NCBI GenBank assembly: GCA_965153355.1
Contig: OZ231126.1
Span: 24,552,001 to 24,616,000, forward strand
Direction of reading: 5' to 3'
Length of the DNA: 64,000 nt
Source of the DNA: Flaccisagitta enflata
Lineage: Eukaryota
A program made the position numbers and the translations under genes. Under the pieces are notes generated by a model. The model was given only the letters and a program-made list of their open reading frames with translations. It had not been told where the DNA came from and made no database searches. Shown here piece by piece: positions 54,168 through 64,000 of this stretch; the stretch's first letter is position 1, and each line of letters starts with the position of its first letter.

Positions 54168-54762
54168 AACTTTGCTACCCTTTGCCTATGTAAACTACCT
54201 AAGTCATAGTAACATATTACTACATAAATAAGCTAATATCTCATAAACCAGACTTGAGATTTAATTCGAATTTTGCAGGGGTTATTTATTTACTACCTTC
54301 TACTTGTGTACCAAATTAGAAAAAAATTCACATACCTTTACTACCCTTTGCCTATGTAAATTGCCTAAGTCCTAGCAACATACTACTACATAAATAAGCT
54401 AATATCTCATAAACCAGACTTCAGATTTAATTCGAATTTTGCAGGGGTTGTTTATTTACTACCCTCTACTTGTGTACCAAATTAAAAAAAATCATAATCC
54501 TTTACTACCCTCTACCTATGTAAACCACCTAAGTCCCAGCTAAATATTACTACAAAAATAATAGGCAAAGGGTAGTAAAAGTTTATGAATTTTTCTGAAA
54601 ATTGGTACACAAGCTCCTATTGACCTATAAACAACACCAGCAAAGTTTCAAAACATTCTGAAGTCTGGTTCCAAAGATTTTAAAGGTTTTAAACAGACGA
54701 ACAGACAACGCATCACTGCTATCACATAGTCACCGACGAAAACTGTTCGTCGGGGACAAAAA
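54168..54762 (-). mobile_element. Probable Helentron-like element with ~165-bp tandem repeats
   Basis: About 2.4 direct copies of TACCCTTTGCCTATGTAAA..ACCTAAGTC, an inverted piece ATAGGCAAAGGGTAG, and terminal hairpin CCGACGAA-AACTG-TTCGTCGG followed by GGACAAAAA. Confidence 0.65.
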
Positions 54763-54936
54763 CAGAAATGAGGAGATAAAAGGAACGAAAAAAAAAAACA
54801 CAAAAATATTCTTAAGATTTTTTTTCCGGTCGGCGAGAGCCGCCTTTACTGGTAACCGAACCGATGAAGATTATTGAATACCAATTTGATTGACTGATCA
54901 GAAAGAGATGCTCACAACATAGTAGAATCCACAGTG

Positions 54937-55222
54937 AACAAGGCCGGATACACGGGCCAAGACGGTGCGCTTGGCGTTATTAATTCTTAGACCTATCCCG
55001 AGCTCTATTAGACACATCCCCAGCTCTATCAGACCTAATACCAACCGTAGCTGAATATGATAAGGAATGAAATGACGAGTAACATCGATGATGAACAAAA
55101 TGAGTTTTCAATTGATTTAAGACATTTTCAGCGATATTTCATTTGAGCGTGACCGACCGACTGACCGACCGACCGACGGCGGGACACAGCCTCTTATAGA
55201 GGTGCTATGGCGCACCTAAAAA
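54937..55222 (-). mobile_element. Family D element, single-head short form
   Basis: Tail, ~2 array units, one head GGTGCTATGGCGCACCTAAAA. Confidence 0.83.
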
Positions 55223-55982
55223 TGACGTCAGATATCATTTCTTAGCTTGAGGATGTAAGATTATGTTCGAAAAAAATTTCAATACTGATTAAGATAACTT
55301 CAAGAAAGGTCCGGCGAACTCGACTGAGGAAAAAAAATAAAATGTTCAAAAACTACCGTCCCGCAAGTGGACGCAAAAAGTAAGTTTTGTTTCATGAACG
55401 GACAACGGAATGGACCTTTAACGTCATAAAATGATCGCCTGCGCATGTTTGCTCACCCCTGAAATAAACATATGATTTCACGTAGCGTCTCAACGAATGT
55501 TCCGAAATTGAACAACAACAACCACGAAAGGACTGTTGGACCGTCTGTCAATCCTGAAGATTTCAATTCAGTCGACAAAGAAACATGCGAGTTATGGCTC
55601 ATCCGTAAAAAGTGAGAAAATCAACTTAGTCATTTTTTACGCAAAAAATTTGAATTGATAAAAAACAACTTTGCCTGAGCATTAGGCATTGGTCTGGGGT
55701 TAGAATACACCGGTTCATTTTTTTTCCAAAGCGCGTCTGTTTCTTAGCAGAGACCCTCCCGACTTGAAAGTCTGTGCCCTAGTTCCCTTCGTGCTACCTT
55801 TTCCTTCCCTCTTCTCTTCACCCCCCCCCCTCCTCCCGTTGTTTTAAAATGCCCTGATAGTCTGCTCTCTGGCATTAACTGTTGACTGTTGTACTCTCCA
55901 TGTTCTTTGCCTCGTTGCATCTTACTCGCACACCTGTACAGTAACTATAGAATAGAATTAGAAATAAGGGGGAATTCATATC

Positions 55983-56272
55983 AACGGATACACAGGCCAA
56001 GATAGTATGCCTGGCGTTAAAAATTCTTAGACCTATCCCAGATCCATCAGACCTATCCCGAGCTCCATCGGACCTATCCCAAGCTCTATCAGATCTAACC
56101 GCAGCTGATTATATTGTAAAAAGAAACAACAAGTAACATGAATGATGAACAAGATGAGTATTTAAGCGATTTCAAACATTTTCTGCAATTTCCAACTCGA
56201 GCATGACCAACCAACAGACCAACAGACCGACAGACAGAGCCTCTTATAGAGGTGCTATGGCGCGCCTAAAAA
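55983..56272 (-). mobile_element. Family D element, single-head short form
   Basis: As above, more diverged. Confidence 0.78.
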
Positions 56273-57404
56273 TAAGGAGTTACTATGAGTGTCAGCACTG
56301 CTATGCTTCCCAGCATCCGCCAATCGAGCGATTTTCTCACTGAACATACTGTGGGGAAGTTGTAGCAAATTTTATTTTGAGCAATATCCCCCTCATAAGT
56401 TTGTTAAAACAATTAGTGGGAATACAAAGTGTGTACTATGTGTTTCCATAGCAATCAGCACCCATCATCAACAAAGCATCTAGTTATTTATCTATATTTC
56501 AATTATCAATCTCCTATGTTTATTGGTCTATAGAATATAAATTTCTCCCTCTATCCAAGTTTAGGCTACTGTATTTTGATGCATTATTTGCTTTTTCTGT
56601 TTATCTGTATAACCATGTGTCCGGCGTGCATTAGCTAGTCATAACGATCAATGTTATAGTACTCATCAATGAGTTGCCGTAGCTCGTGGGCAACTGTTTA
56701 GTATAAGGAACCTTAATCCCATTACGCGATACATCAGCGGGACCTTTTATTCATTTAAATAGCTGATTTGCATATTGCAGCAAAGTCTTTTCGCAGACGA
56801 TCGCAAACTTTTATGCAGGAAAAAGTCTCGCTGAATCCTACATTTTTCCGTATTTTATTCTTGCAAGATTTTTCGCGATGCTTATTGAAGTGAATCGACG
56901 TTCCGATGTCTAAAAGCAATGCACATGCCCGATTGCAATCTGCAAAATTCATCTTGTAACTTGTCTGCGTACATTAGTCGTGAACACAAGCTTTTTTCAC
57001 GCAAACGTATGTCATCACTAATTTCGTTTTGTGTATGGATAGCTCACGGACGTGGGTTTTTTTGGTAGGGAGTCGCCCCAAACTGAGGCAGCGAGGACAG
57101 ATCGTGAAAACTCTCCTTCTTACTTCTTTTTAGTCTCCCTGTAGCCAGTGTAGGCAAATGTGGTGGTGGAACTTGTGGAGGTCAAACTTTATGTAGGAGT
57201 CTCGTGGAAGTGCACATCAGCTGATGAAAGTACAAAAGTTGAATGAAAGGTCATCTGACGTTATTTTAAGTAAATTGAGACCGAAATGATTAGATTCGAT
57301 ATAACTTCTCTATGTTTATCTTCAGCTTTTTGTCCTTTGGATCGACGAAACAAATTCTGTCTCTGTTGCTGGAGGAAGTAAGTGAGTCAATCTATTTGTC
57401 TGTT

Positions 57405-57855
<451 letters not shown>

Positions 57856-57981
57856 ACAAGAGGACGTCTGATTTTTGAGAGTGAAAATTGGTGACGGAGT
57901 CAGACGTCGGGGACGAATCTCAGTGGACAGACGCTCAGAGAAATCACGAGTCAGACGAGTTGACCGGTCAAACTCGCCAGG

Positions 57982-58975
57982 GGTCAACAGTTGGAGAGGA
58001 GGAAGGGGAAGGATGGGTGGACGAAGAGGGGGAGAGGGGGGGGATGATAGGGGTCTACAGCTGAAGAGGGGGAGGGGAAGGATGGGCGGACGAGGAGGGG
58101 GAGAGGGAGGGAGATAGGGGTCAATAGTTGGAGAGGGGGGGGGGGAAGGATGGGCGGACGAGGAGGGGGAGAGCTGGGGGGGGGGAAGATAGGGGTCAAC
58201 AGTTGGAGAGGAGGAAGGGGAAGGATGGGCGGACGAGGAGGGGGAGAGGGAGGGAGATAGGGGTCAACAGTTGGAGAGGGGGGAGGGAAGGACGGGCGGA
58301 CGAGGAGGGGAAAAGGGAGGGGAAGATAGGGGTCAACAGTTGGAGAGGAGGAAGGGGAAGGACGGGCGGATCAACAGTTGGAGAGGGGAAGGGGAAGGAT
58401 GGGGGACAAGGAGGGGGAGAGGGGGGGGAAGGATGGGCGGATGAGGAGGGGGAGAGGGGGGGGAGATAGGGGTCAACAGTTGGAGAGGAGGAAGGGGAAG
58501 GACGGGCGGACAAGGAGGGGGAGAGGGGGGGGGAAGATAGGGGGAAAAGTTGGAGAGGGGGAGGGACTTAAGGACGAGGAGGGTAGAGGGGGGAAGATAG
58601 GGGTCAACAGTTGGAGAGGAGAAGGGGAAGGACGGGCGGACGAGGAGGGGGAGAGGGAGGGAGATAGGGGTCAACAGTTGGAGAGGAGGAAGGGGAAGGA
58701 CGGGCGGACAAGGAGGGGGAGAGGGGGGGATGATAGGGGTCAACAGTTGGAGAGGAGGAAGGGGAAGGAGGGCAGACGAGGAGGGGGGGGAGATAGGGGT
58801 CAACAGTTGGAGAGGGGGGAGGAGAAGGATGGGCGGACGAGGAAGGGGAGAGGAAGGGGGATTGGGAACAAGAAGGAAGGGCTCAGCAGTTCAAGGGGGA
58901 AGGGGTGGGCAGACGAGGGAGGGAGATGGGGTTAATATTGGGAAAAGGGGATAGGGGTCAACAGTTCGAGAGGGT
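57982..58975 (+). repeat. Purine/G-rich ~62-bp minisatellite (GATAGGGGTCAACAGTTGGAGAGGAGGAAGGGGAAGGAYGGGCGGACGAGGAGGGGGAGAGGG...)n
   Basis: The TCAACAGTTGGAG core recurs more than a dozen times. Confidence 0.93.
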
Positions 58976-59194
58976 GGAGGGATAGGCGGACTAGGGAGGG
59001 AGTGGTGCAAAATTGGAAAATAGGAAACAGGGGTCAGGCAAGGAAAAATGGTGGTTTGAGGAAAGGGAGGGTGGGGGTTGAGGGATGGGAGCGCCATAAA
59101 GGGAGGAAGAGGGAGGATAGACCGCTGCTGACCGGTTGAGGAAAGCTATATCTGAGCAAAAGTCGAGTCGAGGGATAAAGGCGGAGAGGCACAT

Positions 59195-59356
59195 AACAAG
59201 GCCGGATACACGGCCAATACCAGTCTCGGACGGGTGGGCAGGGGCGGTAACACTGGTTTTTCCACTTTTCGACTCGTGCTCACCAACGGACCAACGGACC
59301 GACCAACGGACGGACGGACAAAGCCTCTTATAGAGTCGCTCATCCGCGACTAAAAA
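59195..59356 (-). mobile_element. HINE family A element
   Basis: Canonical tail and head on the minus strand. Confidence 0.83.
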
Positions 59357-60009
59357 TGAAGTTGGAAGAAGAGAGGGAGAAAGAGAGGAGGAAAGGCGAA
59401 GATGATAAAGGTGCCAAAAAATCGTGGCTCAGATGATGAGTGAATTAATGAAGCGACACCTGCGAGGACGCGGTGATGGCAACGGCGGTTACGCTTGCGA
59501 TAACGCTGTGGTGGAAACGAAGGCTACGCTTGATATGACGCCATGGCAACTTTCGAAGCCAACTCACGATGGAAGAAACTCATGCACAACAAATTCACCA
59601 TTTAGAACTCTCGTAGCCTCTCACATGAAGACTTTGGCGCATCTTTGGCAACTGCTCGCAACTTGTTTCAAATTGAAAAGTCGTATTTCCAGTGATAAGC
59701 GCTCAATACTAAATTAGCGCCCCCCTTTTCGAAGCAAGAAGAACTGATGCCAACTATCAAACTCATGCATGCCTTCGAGCATACATGCAGTAGATATCAA
59801 ATGATTTATACTACATGACTGTCGGGACAACATTACTTTACAAAACAGATGAAATCGTTCAACGGATGTGTGTCAGTGTGTGTATGGTCACACGCTATCG
59901 ATTGGTTTGTTCGTACGTTTGTGTATACGCATACTTGTGCAACTATGCATGTGTGTGCATTTACGCACAGGCAAAAAAAAGGCATTACAAAGAAACATAA
60001 TCAGAGCTA

Positions 60010-60947
60010 ACTATGGCAAAAAAAAAACCGAACAACTTTTGAGAGAGCAAAAAAGTATGAAGATGTTGACCAATTTGCCTAAAATTTACAGTGAATGATA
60101 ACCATGATATGGACTATGTCTGGTTAAAATTTCATCAAAATCCGTTGAAAACTTTAGCCGTTATCACGTTTTTACTGAAGTCACCTCTTTTTTGGACTGC
60201 CAGAGATGACGTTTATCCTAAATCAAAATATTACCATTTTTAGTAAAATTGGCATTGTGCAAAAAAATTTGGGAGTTTTGTCATGATTTTTGAACTGTAG
60301 TCTGATGGTAATATTTACTAATACTAGGCAAAATTCGCATCTACTCAGATAAAGTCTAGTGGGGTAGATATTGGTTGATTGTAAGCTTGCTCAGGATAAG
60401 AAATATTCTGCTACCTGTTAGAATATTTTTGCAATTTGGGGGACTAAAAATGCTTCAATCTTCACAAAAATTTTACTGGAGATGAATCATATCTACAAAA
60501 GTTACCATTTAAAAAATCATGATAATTGGTAAAAAACTCTGGCCTTAGCATCGATTTATATTTCAGATTTCATCTTCATTTACTTCATTCTAAAAACCAC
60601 AAAGAAAATTTTAGAAAACTTGCTGTTTCTGCTAAAATAATTGGAGTTTTGTAATGAAATTTTTATTACAGCCTGCTAACACTTTGGTTTACTTCCACTT
60701 AAGATTTCATCAAAATCGGACTAGATTTAGTATGGTTTTTTTAAGTTTGTTTATTGATTCTTAGTAAATTCTTAAGTGTGTACATTGAATTTCTGATCTT
60801 CTGACAAGCACTTTTAAAAAATCTATAATTCTCAAACGATTTAGAGCAGGTCATGGATTTTTTCAGATGATTAATGATATAAAAAGTAACTTAACTTCAG
60901 TAAAAGGATTTATGACAATAGTAATGTTCGGTTTTTTTTATGATAGT
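60010..60947 (+). mobile_element. Non-autonomous TIR element, ~940 bp, TA-flanked (copy 1)
   Basis: TA|ACTATGGCAAAAAAAAAACCGAACA left end and degenerate TGTTCGGTTTTTTTTATGATAGT|TA right end. The body matches 62920-63895 in reverse. Confidence 0.8.
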
Positions 60948-61069
60948 TAGAATTGTTAGGTTTCCTCGTCAGATGTTTGGGGGGTCACGTGTTAAAAATC
61001 ATGGACAGTTATTTGGACAAACTCTCATTTGACAAAAATCAAAAATCTGTTCTTCTCTTAAACTCCTCA

Positions 61070-61720
<651 letters not shown>

Positions 61721-62577
61721 TGTTCTGTCCCTCATCCCCTTCTCTACTCTTGCTCCCCCTCATAAACATTGTCAAGACGTAACCCCGGCAAGCTTTGTAC
61801 TGTTCGTCCTTCCGCCGGCTTCGTCGCCATCGCGGTATTTGGCACTGCAACCAACACTTCTATCACCACCACTTTTTCCTTCAGCGCTACCACTACCTCC
61901 TCTGCCCCTGTACTTACCCCTGTCGCCACCTTCTCACTGCCACCACCGCTGCATTTTTGGCTACCCCTTTTACTACACCGGTCGCCATTTTTGCCACTGT
62001 CACTACTGCTAAGTACCTTCTCGGACCCCTATCTCCCTTTTCTCAATCCCTTTCCATCCTTCTCAAGCGTCCGCCCACCCCTTTTCCTTCTCACTGCCAC
62101 CACCGCTGCATCTTTGGCTACCCCTTTTACTACACCGGTCATTATTTTTGCCATTGTTACTACTGCTAAGTTTGCCGTTACCCCTGTCGCTACCCCTCAA
62201 TGCCGTCAACATTTTAGCGGCCGTCGCCATCGCCACTCCCTCCGCCATCGCCGTCATCGCCACCACCATCGCCAATATTTCGCCCTAGCCGCTGTCGCAG
62301 TCGCAGTCGCCGTGATATCCCTCGATTCTCTTACAGCTGCAACCGAAAACAGCGGCTTCAGCGACAGCAACAGCAGCAGCAGCAGCAAGCAGTAGTAACC
62401 CGCCGCGGCCGCAAAGACGAGGCCAAAAGCCAAAGTCGAGCGCGGGTTAGAAAAGGAGAGGTGATGGAAGAGTGACCAAGAAAGGCAAAAGGAAAAGCTG
62501 AAAGGGAAATCTGAGAGAATCAATTTGAAGGGCAATAAAACCGACAAACGTTGAAGGAAAGACTTTGGGTTTATAGA

Positions 62578-62659
<82 letters not shown>

Positions 62660-62919
62660 GAGAGAGAGGCGGAAGTGAAAAATTGGAAATCCATGGTGAA
62701 CACAAGGACATAGACGTAGCGTAAATCCATGAATAAAAAACGTATGTGTAATTTTAGAAGATTTGAACCATGATTACCATTTAAAAACACAGTTAAATGA
62801 CGGATGGATAGTCCTTTATCTTCATATACGAATCGTCATTTTCGTTCATGTACGGTAAACCCTTTCGCGGAAATACACGTTTTATAGAAGGACCCGAATT
62901 CTACTTACCAGTCGCAATA

Positions 62920-63895
62920 ACTATGGCAAAAAAAAAAACCAAACAGTTACTTCTTTTGCTCATAAATCCTTTGAAAATTCACCCAGCAAGCTGAAATTTT
63001 TACTGAAGTTACATTTTAATGTCCTTAAGCATCACCTAAAAAATCAATGACTTGCTCTAAATAGTTTAGGAATTATCGATTTTTTAAAAGTGCTTGTCAG
63101 ATGATCAGAAATTCAATGTACTCACATAAGAATTTACAAAAGATGAATAAACAAACTTTAAAAAACCGTACTAAATCTAGTCCGATTTTAATGAAATTTG
63201 AAGTGGAGGTAGACCACATTGTCAGCAAGCTGTGGTAAAAATTTTATTACGATACTCCGATTATTTTAGCAGAAACAGCAAAATTTCCTAAACTTTTTTT
63301 TTTATGGTTTTAAGAATGAAGTAAATAAAGATGAAACCTGAAATATAAATCAATGCTAAGGCCATAGTTTTTTACCAATTATCGTAATTTTCTAACTGGT
63401 AACTTTTGTACATATGGTGCATCTCCAGTAAAATTTTTGTGAAGATTGAAGCATTTTTAGTCCCCCAAATCGCAAAAATATTCCAACAGGTAGCAGAATA
63501 TTTCTTATGCTGAGCAAGCTTACAATTAACCAATATCTACCCCATTAGACTTCATCTGAGTAAAAGCTAATTTTGCCTAGTATTAGTAAATAGCACCATC
63601 AGACTGCAGTTCAAAAATCATAACAAAACTCCCAAAACTGTTTGCACAATGCCAATTTTACTGAAAATAGTGTAATTTCTATTTAGGATAAAAGTTATCT
63701 CTGGCAGTCCAAAAATGAGGTTGCTTCAGTAAAAATGTGATAACGGCTAAAGTTTTCAACGGATTTGGATGAAATTTTAACCAGACATAGTCCAAATCAT
63801 GGTTATTATTCACTGTAAATTTTATGCAAATTGGTCAACATCTTCATACGTTTTTGCTCTCTCAAAATTTGTTTGGTTTTTTATTTTGCCATAGT
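62920..63895 (-). mobile_element. Non-autonomous TIR element, ~976 bp, TA-flanked (copy 2, inverted)
   Basis: TA|ACTATGGCAAAA...CCAAACA and TGTTTGG...TTTTGCCATAGT|TA. Confidence 0.85.
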
Positions 63896-63944
63896 TAATT
63901 GCGGAAATCTTCTCAAATGACATGATTATCACCCTTGAACTTAA

Positions 63945-64000
63945 AACAAGTGACGCGGGGTCACGATATCGTTGCGGACGGGTGGGCAAGGGCATCCAAC
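63945..64000 (-). mobile_element. Family A tail, cut by the window edge
   Basis: AACAAGTGACGCGGGGTCACGATATCGTTGCGGACGGGTGGGCA. Confidence 0.85.

Overview
Repeat-dominated eukaryotic DNA, probably from an invertebrate animal and probably intronic or intergenic. I see no credible protein-coding gene, transposase/RT/Rep-helicase ORF, rRNA, intact tRNA or CRISPR array. The long ORFs in the track are translations of microsatellites or 21-bp minisatellites. The window has three main components. (1) Very dense simple repeats: GA, CA, TTTC, TTC, ATC, TTG, TGAA and GTCT. (2) Dozens of non-autonomous elements with DINE-1/Helentron-like (HINE) architecture: T-run start, 5' hairpin, (GTCC/GTCG)n, 3' subterminal inverted repeat and 3' stem-loop ending CTTGTT. 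These fall into several families, often nested, and some carry central tandem arrays. (3) TIR and foldback MITEs with TA (Tc1/mariner-like) or 8-bp (hAT-like) target-site duplications. The most notable sequence-level observations are compensatory covariation of HINE termini across at least six subfamilies, one terminal skeleton carrying different minisatellite cassettes, a ~0.9-kb TGAA expansion inside one TE copy, an 840-bp element combining Helitron TC...CTRR ends with Helentron-like subTIRs, and Pol III A/B-box-like motifs inside a MITE. Coordinates were read by eye and may be off by a few bases. Superfamily calls rest on terminal structure only, with no database search.
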